NCBI GenBank assembly: GCA_965153455.1
Contig: OZ234493.1
Span: 12,824,213-12,888,212 of the forward strand
DNA: 64,000 bases
Reading direction: 5' to 3'
DNA from: Sphagnum compactum
Taxonomy: Eukaryota
The notes below the pieces were generated by a model. The model ran no database searches. It saw only the letters and a list, made by a program, of their open reading frames with translations, and was not told the origin of the DNA. The translations under genes and the position numbers were made by a program. Of the stretch, positions 38,700-52,830 are shown piece after piece; position 1 is the stretch's first letter, and each line of letters opens with the position of its first letter.

Positions 38700-41600
38700 A
38701 ATGGTATCAATTTATTACCTAATAATTTATCTCAATATAAGTCATTAAACATATATTAGGGTTTTAGTGGTCAAACTTTGAATAAGGTTTTAGTTACTTG
38801 TGTATTGATTTTAGATATATTAAATTTTTATTACATATTTATGGTTTTATTATGTTCCCCAAAATTAATTATAATTGAAAAGTGATGTTAGATAAGAAAA
38901 AGATATAAAACTCTTGAATTTCATTCAGAAATTGAATCATCTTTTTATTTGTAATATCCTCAATTTGTTCCAATTGCCATCCTCAATAAAATTCATCAAT
39001 TGTGTAAAATCATAATAGTAAAACTTGGTTAAGGATTGATGTTATTTTGATTTGTTGCTTCTATTTTCTTAATTAACCTTTTTTTTTTCCTTTTCGTTAC
39101 ATTTTAGTTTGATTATTTGGTCCACGTATTGTAGATTTTCCATTCTAGCTTACACATTGCATTCAAGTCTTTTAACCAATGTTATACTTTCATTGAATTA
39201 TTGTTAATGGTAAACATTTGAACATAAACTTTTGTTTGATCGTTTTTTAGTTTTTTTTTGTCTTGTTATTTGATATTTCCAAAACCTTTTTAAAAAAAAG
39301 GAATGCCATGTTAATGTATTGTTGATATTTTTCCCATGTTTTCTAATTTCTTGGCAACTTCACATATAAGCAAACATGAATTGAAAAATACTTGTTTTTC
39401 ACATTGGTTTTGTGGAAACAAGATTAAGAAAATAAACTATGAAAGGATTAAAATCATATGTTTAAACCTTTCTAAGGGTGCGCAATGAATGAATGAAATG
39501 TCAAAAAATGCATGGGCATTTCCACATATTTTATTATAAATGAAAAAAACATTAATAATGGGTGTTAGGTGTTATGGTTTTTTGTTTGATGTGTCACATT
39601 AATTATTTTCATTAATAGGGCATTAACCGATAATATCCACAATGCCATGATCTATTTATTGCAATATCATAATACCTTTACCATTTCGGCAACAAATTGT
39701 TGAATAGTTATTTAAATTTGAAATCTCAACTTTGGCACTTGGTTTTTTAATTTTGAAATTTTTGGCAATTAATGGTTATTAGATTTTATTTTATTTTAAA
39801 TGTTTTGTCCATGCTATGAAGTAATCTAATGTGTCTAGATTACCTTTGGTTATAAGTCATTATCATGGAAGGTCTATGGTTCAAATCTTGACATTTGAAC
39901 TTTTAAATTTATTAAGAGTTTGGCACAAATAATGAATAGTTTTTCAAAATTTTGGCAAAACGAAAAATAATTTAATTCATGCTGAAATGGTAAAGGTATT
40001 ATGATATATGATTTTTTTTGGAAAAAACATTTAAGTTTAAGTTTTTTTTGTTCCAATGATGTTTGTTATGTTAGATTGTGTTTTTTCAAAGATTTTTTTT
40101 TTTCTTTTGGTTGAAATGATCAATTATTTAAAAATTAATCCTTATGTCATAACATAAAAGTTTGACCATTTTACTTGCATTATGTCTCATGTTGCATAGA
40201 TTTTTATATATATATATAATAAAATATGTTAAGTACTTCATTACTATTGATTCATTGGTTATGGATTGGAAGTGAAATTTATTGTTTGGTTGATAAATTC
40301 AATTTTATTCAAATTGAACTTTGTGTGATGAAAAGAAAGTTGAACCTCTTCAATTACAGATTAAATGTGCATAATTTTAAGTGAAATCATTAATGCATAT
40401 ATGAATATGAAATCCAGAATAAGTTTCAATATTGATTAAAAAATCTTTCAGTAATTATAAATTTAATGAAAAGGTTTAATAACATGCTTGACATTTATTT
40501 TCAATACAAAGTTTTTTTTTTAAATCATCTTTAAAAATGATTAATATATTTGATTGAATACATTCAATGTATTGAAAATGATATATAATATGTGTTTTGA
40601 ATGTGATTTGTTATTGCACAGTTTTCAATTTTACACTACACATTTGATTACAAAACTTCTATGGATCGGAGATGGCAAGTGAACGACATCGCCTATGTAA
40701 CTTTCTCGTCCATAAAGTTCTTTCACACCTCCAAACAACCATTCAAATGAATCATCTTTGGCAAATTTAGTATGTAACATTTTATGCTCAAATGCATTAA
40801 TACACATTTTTCGAACATGAGTGGATGTTATAGAGTGAATATACTATACGTTTGAAATTTGAAGGTTTGACCTAACTAATGAACCTCGTGATGAAAAATA
40901 TATATTTCGGAACTTTGGACCAAAATGATTCAATTCAACTTTGAAAAATCATTTACAATACAAAAAATGTGAGTGTTGGTGTTTAATGATAGCCCTAATT
41001 CCATTAAATGAAAATAAATGTAATTTTGTGTTAAAAAATACCAAGCAAAAGTTCCTTACTAATAATGAATCGATTCAAATTATTTTACGATTATAACTAA
41101 AATACCAAAAAAATTGCAAGCAATATTTGTAATGTTATGAGAAAAATCAAAATTATTGTAAATTATTTTTATAGGCAAGAACTAGCAACTTCACTGAGGC
41201 CCAAGAAATTTTTTGTCCAACATGTTGTGTGATTACACAAATGATTAATTCCATAGCTTTGTTAAGGAAAGTGAAGAGGTTGATCATACTATACATGGAT
41301 GGGATTTTATTGTAGGGATTGATGTCATTTTTGTTTTGAATACTTCACATGAAAACATGAAAGTTAAAATGGGGCTCCTAAATTTGATTGAGCACAAAGA
41401 ATTACAAAGAAATGTCATACTATTGCATGATGAAAAGATTGTGATGTTGTTAAAAACATCACTAGTATGTACTACATTACACATAAGTGGTCCTTGATTT
41501 TAAGGATTTGGAATTGTTTTATAGACCTTTACACTTCAACACTTTCTTGTTGTATGAGTTTTGAGCTTGCAAACACAATCATAAGCAAATTATATCATTC

Positions 41601-42347
41601 AAGTTGATTTTTCACTTGATTTCATTCATTGAATTTTTTACACATTAAACATTTCACTTTTCATTTATTTTGATTTTTGCAGATTGATTATTATGTTTGT
41701 TTCATTATAAAAAAATTTGTGTTTATGTTATTTACATTTATATAATTATATTTATCCAAGAAAAAAATTATAATCTTTTCATGTGTGTTTCTCATCAAAT
41801 CACACTTACACATTTGGTGTATAGTTATAATTTTTACAAGTTTATTTATTTGATTAATTATATATAAAGGCTTATAAATATATATGTTTAATAATTAAAT
41901 TTATGCCCTTATTAAACATTAATATAAGAAACCTTCAAATATTCAATTATAAAATCAGAATGTAAGAAAAATTATTTTTTTTAATATTTGGCAAAAAACA
42001 CATATAAGGTTTATTATGAAAAAATCAATTATTCAAGTATTCAAATAATCTTTTATTTTAAGTGATGCATTTTAATGAAAATCTATTGTCCATTTCGTTT
42101 ACATTTTAAATTTAGTTGAAATCTATTATATATATATTTATTTATTTATTTTAAATGTCATTAACCTAATGTCAAATAAATCAACATATTACTAAAAGAA
42201 AATAAAAAGGTGAGCAAATGTTAGTGAATATTAATTTTTCATCCTCAATTCTTATGCTATTTTTTTTTTTGACAAAACTTTCATCACTCATGTTGCACTA
42301 AATATATATATATAAATATATGAAAGACGATTAAAATGAAAATGTTA

Positions 42348-42385
<38 letters not shown>

Positions 42386-45300
42386 TTATTTTTTAAAGTG
42401 TGACATAATGTATTGTCCATTAATATCATGCAAATTTTATTTTATTTTAATTTTAAAAATGTTATTTGAATCATGTAAATAATGTTGGTTAAAAATGATG
42501 ACAATGGCATTCAATTTTTTAAAACCCCCTAAAAATAAACCATCAACTCATGATTTTTCTTCACATGCACAACATAAATTATCGAGTCATGATTCTTCTT
42601 CACATGATTTGCTTCTATTGATTGTTTTACAATTGATTTGTTTGAATTTATTTTCCTTTCGTTGTTTGTCATATATATTGATTGAAATTTGTTAAATTAT
42701 GTGATTTCTTAGTTTAGCGTCGCAAAAAAATTCTATAATTTCTTTTTTCGTTTTTTGGACATTTTTAAGGTTTAAATTAGGTTTTTGTGAATTGTTTGTT
42801 TTATCGATATTCAATTGGTTATTTCAACCTCAACTTAAAATGTTTATTATAAAATTTAAATGTTTAAAACATTATAACACATATGTGTAATACCAATGGC
42901 ATCAATAGACATGTGTTTTGTATGTGTGCTACAAGCTTCATAAAGGTTATATGAAACATTAAAAAAAGACAAAAAACATTGGTATTATATTGGATCACAA
43001 GATGTGTCAAACACCTTTTCTTCCCATGATTGTCACCTTCTTTTTATTTTGTTGTCCTTTTACAACAATTGTTGTCAACATTGTTAAACATAAGCTAACA
43101 ACTAGCAACTTGCTATGAGGTAGTCACAAAATTCAAACTAACCACAAACAAATCACCAACCACTAGTTATGAACCGTTGTTTTTCTTCTCATGATTGTCC
43201 TCCCTTGTTTCTTATTTTGTTTTCCTTCTATAGAAGCTCCTAGTAGGATTGTGAACCAACAAGCCACCAACCAACAAACAAGTAAAAACTAATCATTAGC
43301 CAACCACAAGTTAGCAAATGTTAACCAACGAAAAGGTCCACTTTTCACTTTTTGTGTGTTTTTTCCTTCTTGTTCTCCTTCACTTTTCCTTACTTTTTTT
43401 TCTCCTTCGATGGCAACAACATTTGTTTTTTTCCCTTTTCCTTTTATTCCCATGATTTTCCCTTCTTTCTTTTATTTTGTTCTCCTTTTATAACAAATGT
43501 TAGCAACATTGCCAATCACAAGCTAATAACAAGCAACTTGCTACGAGCTAGTCACAAGCCATTAGCCACATGTTGCCAACTATGAGTTTCAAGCTAATCA
43601 TGAGCAAACCATCAGCTAGCCATTATCCAACCAATATGTATTTTATTTATATGTTGATTAACAATTGTATCAAAAGCTAATGAAAATATTTAAAGCACCC
43701 AACACATGCCCATTAAAAATATTGTACACCTGGCATATACTTGTGATAACATTGAGCAATGTAAAAATTAAGTCTTATTGTTAATCCAAGGTGTAAGGTT
43801 CAATTCCCTACATTCTCAATATCTATTTTTTCATGATTTTGGTACCTTTTACATTAGAAAATTATTATCATCTTCATAATTTTTATTGATCTATGCTTAT
43901 TTGTAGTAATGGAAAACATATTCAAATCAAAATAAATATTATATTTTCAAGTTATCTCAAACATTATTTTAAATTTGTTTTTGGTAGTTTCAATGAATCA
44001 ATTAATGAAGATATCAACGATTAATCCTACACAATTACAATGACGTATATTATTAATAATTATTTTTATGTTGTAGATGTTTTGTGATGTATATTAATTA
44101 AAATTATGTGTATTTATACATATTATTCCTATTTAGTTCATAATTTCATAGGCTTATTTTTACTTTATACATTGACATTCTTATAATTGAGTTTATATGA
44201 TGTTATGTCATGAATTGATTTTGTAATTGTTCATCACATAATCATGCATTTGCCACATTACGATGAATTTCAAAATATAAATTTTTTGAACATTTATTGA
44301 TATAATTCATATTGAATATTTTTTCATTTAAAAAATATTTTTTCCTTTTGAATTAGTTATCATAAAATCACAAACCAATTTTTAAAATTTCATATTTTTT
44401 TAAAGATTTATTCTTATAAACAAAAAAAATTCATATCAAAATATTGGATCAATCTTAAATTTTTAAAAAACAATAACCTTAAGTAATTTCTATTTTGTTA
44501 GTTAAAAGTAACAAATTTCTCCACTTGTGAACAATGTATAAAAAAATTTAATGGAATTTTTCATAATCATTAATTATAATTTTTGATTAATTTAGTATGT
44601 TTAAATAATTATGTACATGCAAATGCATGAAGGGCATTTTAGAAAACATCAATAGAATTTTCAAAAGTGAATGTGACTAATAATAAATCTTCTTACTAAT
44701 TTTATATGTGTTCATGGAATAATTAGATGTTATTGACTACAACAAATCAATAGTTCAAATATAGGTGATCATATGTTAATTTATGAAAGGAGTTTTTTTT
44801 TAATTTATTAAAAAATGAAAAAATTGTAATGACAAAAATAAATTATAAACAATAGTATATTGAAGTTATTTGAACCTTCCCTAATTTTATTTCACGATTT
44901 AAATCTTTCATAATTTTATTTTATTTTGTTTCATTTGAGTATTTTGTAATCTTGAATTACTTATGTTGCCATTGTTTATTTTGTGATATAATCGCCATGT
45001 ATTTGTAGTGGTCATCTCGTAAATAATTCATTTAATTTCAAAAAAATATTAATAATTCAAAATAAATTTTTCATTTATTGTTTTATCCATATATTAACAT
45101 AAATGGGAATTCACATGTGTTTAAATGAAATTTAAATGAATGGTTAACATGCGCCAAAAAAAATTAAAATTAAGATTATATTGCCAAACAATATTTCAAT
45201 TTTCAATTTTTCTTGGAAAGGTTAATAAAACCAAACCTTAATCAAAATTTGTGAAGCTATAAGAAAACATTCATGTATTCAAACCTTTCTACATCAATGT

Positions 45301-47800
45301 GTAATATTATTCAATAGTTGTTTTGATATTCATTGTGTATTTTTTATTATTATGATAAATTAATTTAACATTCAAAGTTTAATTCTTAATCGAATTGATT
45401 AAAGATATTTTATGATGTGTAAACTTTGCAATATATCAACTTCCCCATATTTTGAAAATATTTTGTTGCACATTGGATAATCAAAACACATAAAAAAAAG
45501 TGTAAGTGTCAAGTTTTGTTTTATTTACTTTCATAATGACTGCAATGCATTACGAATATAAATAAATAAATTTTCCAAGGATTAAATTTTGAAAACGAAA
45601 AACATATTTCTCTAAGTGCAAAAGTTAATTACTAGTGGGTGTATCTTACTTGAATGTTCATAAAAACCTAGATAACAATGACATGCGTTTCATTGTGTGC
45701 TTACAAAAAAACGAGTTATATATTTTTAATTTACACAAGTGTAATGAAATCATGTTTATACATTTTTTTACACATTTTTAGATTGGGGCAATGTAAAATT
45801 AAACACAAAGAAAAAAACCACATTTTTGGCCAAAATATGATGTGAAATTAAAAACACACAATGGAACAACATTCGTGTTTAGGATTGACATAATTTTACA
45901 TTGCACAATGAAAAATTGATTAGGAACAATGTATGGGATAAATGGTTTTTAGAAAAGTTCCATTTTCGATCATTTTATAAACTTGAAGGTTTTTAAGTAA
46001 ATAATTGTTTTTCATGTAAAAGTAATTCTATTTTAAATTTAACAACCACAAATTGAGGGTTCATAATTTTATCTCTTACATTTGAAAGGCTTGTAAATTA
46101 AGTAAACCAATGTTTTGTGTCTTTATTTAAGGTTGTATGGATTTTATTTTTTTATAGATTTAATTCCAAATATGAATTTCATGTTAAAGAGCATCCATCA
46201 AGAAATGCATTGCAAAAGATATTTATAGAACATTTTTGCACCCGTGGAAATTATGCCATTGGAAATGAATTGGATTTTTTATAGCATTATTTACACAAAG
46301 CATGAAATTTTGTGTTGTGTATGGAAATCTTTCAAAGGGAAAAAAATTGTTATGGAAAATATGGATGGATTTTTTTATATGTTTGGACATAAGTGATTAG
46401 TAATATGATTGTATTTTTTTCTTGTGTCAATTTATAGAAGATGAAAAAATTACATTTCATAGAAATTTAATCTCGGCACATATATTTCTTTTTTAAAAAG
46501 TGTACATATTTTTTATAATGAATGTTAAGTTATACAAGCTTGTAATCATAGAAATAAACACATGAACAAATAATGTAACCAAATCTTTTGCTTGTAAAAC
46601 TTGTCATCTTTAGTGCACAAGCTGGAAACATTTAATTTCTTTTCAAGTGAGGATTTAAAATGAATTCTAGCTTTTAGCTCCTCTTTAATTGACATAAAAT
46701 GTTGTTGAACAATAGTAGTTATTTGAAAGAAGCCATCAATAACATTAAATTCACTTGCAAAACCAAGAAGTGGGCTAGAAAAAACCTATTCTAGGTTCTC
46801 AATGTTGGGTAATTGTTCTTGCATTAAGCACTTATATGTAATTGTCTTTCATTTCTTCCAACGGAGATAACTTTTTTTGAATTTTTTGAACCATATTAAC
46901 TTGGGTTAAACCCACTTTTTTTTTAAAAAAATTATGTGGCATTAATGCAAGTATCTTAATATGGCCTTCACAATTACCAAGTTATCTATTCATGAAATAA
47001 TTCAAAACAAAACAAAATAAGAATGAAATGTGGCAATTATTGGAATGAAAATGTGAAGGTGTTAATATTTCTAAATGGGCAATAACTTCAACATGCTTTT
47101 AATTTTTTTAATTAATTCATAAAATAAATTCAAAAATTAACCTTTCCTACCCATTATGATTATGATTAATGTTGGATGGGTTTCATTGGGACCTTCGTTT
47201 TGAAATCAATTCTCACAATGAAATTTGACTAATATCACATTTTTATCCTTCCTATTAACCAAGTACATATGTTGTAATCTAGGGACAATTTCACCACATG
47301 TCTATGAAATAACTAGTTAATTTTGCAGATTAAATATCAAATAATATATTGAAAAAATATTCCCAAAGTTTTTTTTATGGTTCTTTGTAAATTTTTGTTT
47401 GTTGAAATATGTGAATTTACAACATTTCTACAAAATAATTATAACCCCGTGATCAGGGAAAAAAACTCTAGATTAATTGAAGGTTATTTAATGTCAATTC
47501 AAGAATTTCATATTTGAAAGTAATGATTATATTTGCATATAGTGATATTTTCTTTCCCATTGCAAGCAAATTTTGGTTAATAAGTAGACACCTTATCATT
47601 TAAGCTTATTTTCCTATAAAAATACCATTCACATCATTAGTCTTTTTATATTTCTTGCAATGCCACACAACTAGAAAAGGTCTCCAAGGCATAAGACCAG
47701 GTAAAAACTTTAATACACTAATCATTACTAATAACAACATACACAATGATAAATTTATTTAACATAGGAAACACCTTTTTTTTGTCAAGACCATTTTTTG
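38700..47800. other. Very AT-rich, CpG-poor intergenic block, probably decayed transposon debris
   Basis: Almost no ORFs of 60 aa or more, long A/T runs, (AT)n at ~42351-42381, and dispersed degenerate repeats at ~43021, 43185 and 43447. Confidence 0.6.
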
Positions 47801-47885
47801 GATGGAATATACATGTTTTTGTGAAAGGTTAAGTAAAGTTGAGTTCATATTAATTTTCAAAAAATGTCATAAAAAGACTTTTGTA

Positions 47886-50800
47886 CCCTTGATCAACAAG
47901 CCAATGAAGTAGGCCTGTAATGACATTCTTTGTTACAGAAAAACATGAGAAAAGGCAATTTGGCTACACGGGCCGAGGATCAAATCTTCTTAAAACACAT
48001 GCTACTATATTTATCACTACCTCCCCATTCTTGTATGCACACACCTACACACAAATTTTTATTAAAAACTATGCAGCTTAAACTTCATAGCATATGTCCT
48101 TAACCCTTTACTCCAATTGAAATGTAATGGGTGTGTGGATTTATTCAAGTAGAATTTTTTTTGAACATTTCCAATATCTACTGATCATTACGCATCATAA
48201 ATACAAAACAAATATCTTTTGAGGGTGACCATCTTTACCCATATTTTTTGAGACAATTTTATTTGGAAGAAAACACTAAGCCACACTTGAACCCCAAGCA
48301 CTTGTTGTTTGAGCCCCAACTCCACTAAAAGTTCCCAAAATTTTGTTTTAGTTGAAGAGTGTGAGGGGGTGTTACAAATCCAACTTGAGATTTCCAGCAT
48401 GCATCCACTTTTCACTACATTGCCACTACACAGCCATGTGAGAGTAATCAAAATCAGCACAAATTGTTGTAGGGAAACCTTCTTAGAGAGTGAGCAATTA
48501 CATCACAATGTAGGGCAAAGTTGAGTCAGGTGGTTAAGTCCTATGACTCAACTAATCAATGGAAGACTGCACCATGAACAAAAAGTCTTATTGGGGCAAA
48601 TAACCAAGAAATCTTTAGGGAACCTAGGTGGACATCCCTTCTATACCATGTGCAAAAAATGAGACCACTACTATAAATCACTCTTTAACTTAACATGTCC
48701 AAGGACACAAATTGAATGCACCATTTACAGATGATCTTGTCCTTCAAATTAAGTTTGAAACTAGTCAACATGTTGCATGTACCAAACAATCCATTTTGCT
48801 TGCTTGGGTGCAAAGAAAACCACAATCTTCCTGCAAGATGAATTATTATCCTGGTTGTCACTCAGTCTTTACTATGCATAACATCTAACCCTTCCCCAAG
48901 CTGAAAAAAACATACCTACACAAAGCCATTTTTGCAAAGGGATGCATAACCTCAAGATACACAATTCGAGCACCAAGCAAAGATGATAGACCTACAAGCA
49001 TTTTTGAAAGGAAGAACACCTTGCTTGTTAAAGAAATACAACTAATGTAATTGTGATGCGCAACCATTATATTGAAAAACATTGTATATATTTCTATGTG
49101 AAAATAAGTCAAGTGTGGCCCTGAGCATAAACCTATAATTAGTAATTGTGAGTCATTAACTGCGTAGTAGATCCAAAACTTGCATGAAAAACACAATATT
49201 TCCAGGAAAACCATCCGCATGCTCATCACAATACAACACAAAATAGTTCCAAATTTGTAGTGGCAATATATGTTGGCAAAATATACAAGACAAAAGTCCT
49301 ATAATTTCATAAACATAAGGACTTGTAGCTACATAGATGTTTTGTTATCACATGGGACTTTAAGGAGCAATTTATAGAGAGTAACTTCAAGCAAATTAGT
49401 TGAAGGAAGTTTTATCAACAAGGAGAATGCATGAACAAAAAATAGTCCCTTATTATAAAATACTACTTTTGGCATAACCTATATCAACTTAGGGTGGTAA
49501 ATTTCCATTTCAACTTTTTGTTATATTATAGCCAACATTGTAGCATAACATACTACATGGCAATATCTCCTGGAAAGAATATTAATTAGGTCTTGATGTA
49601 TTGACTTGGATTGAAGAGTTCACGGTGGGTGTGCAAAGTATGTTCCATGAATGCCCTACACAAATTGTTCAACTTTGTTCTCTTATTGCAATTGAATTCA
49701 CTAGATATCTTCATGAAGACAATTTAAGTCAAACTGGAAAAAGTTGAAAAATTTATGAATATTTCAAATTGGACATCAAATCGGCAACAATTGGCAAGCA
49801 TAAAAAAGAAACCTTTCATTCAAGAAAAGTGAAACAAAACCACGAGATATAATGAACAACAACAATGGTCATATGCATGTTCCCAAACCTTCAACAACAA
49901 CATGTATGGTAGTGACCAACTACCTTAACAACCCCACTGACTTCATCAGTTCTTGGCAATGAGTCAAACACTAACCATCAAACTGAGTTTTTATCACAAG
50001 ATTGGCAATAATAGGAAAATTTAACCATGATGCTAGCTAGTTCAACAAACCTTTAAGAGATAAAAAAAGACCAAGAGACCCAAGAGGAAAAAGGACAATA
50101 GAAAGGAAAAATGCCAAACAAAGAAAACTCAAAACAAGAAAAAAGAAAGAAAAGAAAAAACAAAATGAACTTGAAAACTTTGAAATAAAAACTTTAGAGG
50201 ATAACAAAATGCAATTCAACAAACATGTGAAGGTCATCATACAATTGAAAACTAAAGTGTGGATTGAACAACACATTGGATTCCTATGAAGACTTGATGC
50301 ATTTTCTTCCTCTTTTTGCTTGTCCTAAAACCGTTTCATACATTCATTTCTTTCCTTACTCCACTTATCCATATCTTTTTGCAACCCATATTCATGAACC
50401 AAAACAAGAAGCCCACTCAACCTTGAAATTATTACAGCAACTGTGACTAAATTATGGAATCTTATAAGCCTCCTTTAGTCATAAACCAATAGAATGTGAC
50501 CAAAATACATTTGATTCTATAGCCAAAGGTTTGTGTCAGATGATTAATTATTTGTGGGACAATAAACCTTGGCCAAGTCTTAAAGACCTCACAAAAGGTA
50601 AACACCAAAAAATTGGTTAGTTCCACACATTTTTTCTGGTCGCGTCTCCATGTGCTCAAATGCAAATGAACCATGAATGAGACATGTTGAGATGTATATA
50701 TCTGTTTTCTAGAGTAATTTTAACTAAAGAAAGAAAGTAAAGTTGTAGAAAGTTGATGTGACATAATTCAAAAATCTTCTTCATTTTTGCAACATTTTGT

Positions 50801-51385
50801 TCATGCCTCATTGAAATTTTGTTTTGGTATTTGCTAGAAGCAAGACCAACAACATCACAATAACACAAGATTGTGGGCATCTTAGCTCTTAGCTTTCAAG
50901 TGGTTGATGGGTCAAAGGGAATTTACAAATGCCATTATATTAGAGAACCTTGTCATAGACATGAAAATATAAGGAACCTTTTGTTACCTACTCTAGGCAA
51001 AGCTTCAAAAAGACAAACATACCTGGGATTCCTTCCCTGGAATGGAACAACAAAAGAATAAATTCATAATCACCATAACATCCTTTGGCATGTCCATCCA
51101 GAGCTTCAACCCTAATTCAACAAATGATGACAAAAGTGTAACATAATCACCCAGCACAAAAAAAATTCAACCAACATTACCAACCCATTGAAATATCCCA
51201 CTTCAATTAGCATAGGTGAAAAAACTCACATTATTAAAGATTCAAGAAAATAAGTCAAAATACCTCTGCGCAGGCAAGAAACATTTTCAGAAGTGCTTGC
51301 TTTTTAGAAATTGACAAGTGTTTAGTGAAGCCAAAATCTAGAAGAATGGGTTTAAAAAGGGACTCCTTGCTCACAAGAAAATTTC
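47886..51385 (-). pseudogene. Intron-retaining fragment of an ABC1 atypical kinase / beta-lactamase-domain fusion gene (At5g24810-like)
   Basis: Collinear exon remnants: GNFLVSKESLFKPILLDFGFTK...MFLACAE (51385-51264); GDYVTLLSSFVELGLKLWMDMP (~51150-51023); FPGDI (~49570); GLSSLLGARIVYLEVMHPFAK (~48990-48916); WICNTPSHS...LVELGLKQQVLGVQ (~48380-48286); RFDPRPV*PNCLFSCFSVTK...HWLVDQG (~48005-47886; SxxK motif, TAG at 47966-47964). Confidence 0.85.
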
Positions 51386-52194
51386 CTGCATACACCCATA
51401 ACATACCTCCAACTTTTTCTAAAATAAAGCAAAGAGATTTGAAAAATACCTCAGTCTTGATGAGCTCTTGTTGAGTGATTGTGATGTGCACAAGGAACAA
51501 CTGTGACTATTGTTGCCTTACATAAGTCTCACAAGAAGTACAACAAACTTGCTTTGATACCTCTCCAAAACTAGATAATCTTCGTCTTCTTCTTCTTCCT
51601 TTTCAACTTTCAAGCCTTTTGTGCTCTAGCGACACTCCAATAACACCAAAGCTTTCGTGAGAACCGATTGATGATCATGACGATAAAAGAAGAAAGGTGT
51701 GCAATCGATGGTTTGTTGTTGGAAGGGAAGAAAAAACAACCTTCGAATCTTCCACAAAGATTAAGGTTTGATCGTTCTGAAAAAACAATAGTCTCTTAAC
51801 AACTACCTCAATTATTTCTATTTCAAAATTGTCTTTATTTTTTTGGTTATAGTCTTAAAAAAAGTCAAGGACATTTTGAAAAAAAATGAAAATCAAACAG
51901 TGCATCTTTTGACATGTAATTAAAACCAAGTGTGTATTAAGGCGCACAAATATACAAGACTTGAAATCAAATACTCTGGATATAAATCCAAAGAATATAA
52001 TTAGTGTCAAAGTTGTTAAGGCATTATGGTGTGTGTGTCCCATTAGTAATTTAACTCCTTCTGATTGATAATTGTTTGTTAATTTAAATGAGAAAATTTT
52101 GGGCTATTCCATTGGTGAGTATTTGCTAACTCGGTTCTAAAAGGATTTTTGGATTTGATAAATATTTTTTGTTAATTTTAGGAGGAAATATGAT

Positions 52195-52830
52195 ATGTCC
52201 TTCCAAAGCACCTACCTTTGGAATCCCTTTTTCCCTTCCCTAATTTTTATTCCAACTTCATTTGAATGAATTATTATTTTTATGAATGGAATTTTTTTTG
52301 ATGCAATTGGAGTAAATTAGCATGAAATTGAACTTTACGAATGTATATGTCTTTTAAGTAAGTCCCTTTTTGGAGTCCCCTTTGTTCCCTTTTTATAATT
52401 TCTTTTACTTCAATTTCATCAAAATTGAAATAAATTTGGATGAAGTTAAATAAATTTAAATGAAGTTGGAATTGAAAAAAATGTATATGCCCTTGGAGTA
52501 AATACCTCTCCATTTGGAGTCCTACTTTGATCCCTTCCTTAAATTTATTTATATTTCAACTTCATCATATTTGGATGAAGTTGGAATTTAAAATAAATGA
52601 ACATGTCTTTTGAGTACCTCTTTAATTTGAAGTCCCCTTTGTTCATTTCCCTAATTTACTTGTAATCCAACTTCATAAAAAATTAGAATAAGTAAAGTTC
52701 AAATTAAATAGGATGAAATTGGAATTTTGAAAAAATGTAGATGTCCTTCAAAGAGGCATGTAACTCCCTTTGAAGTCTGCATTTTTGCCTAATTGTTACT
52801 CCAACTACATCAAAATTGGAAAAAATCAAA
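52195..52830. repeat. Five degenerate ~120-150-bp tandem units with internal inverted repeats
   Basis: ATGTCCTT...TTGGAGTCCC...CCTAATTT...CCAACTTCATC...GATGAAGTTGG-like units start near 52195, 52347, 52487, 52603 and 52741. Confidence 0.7.
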
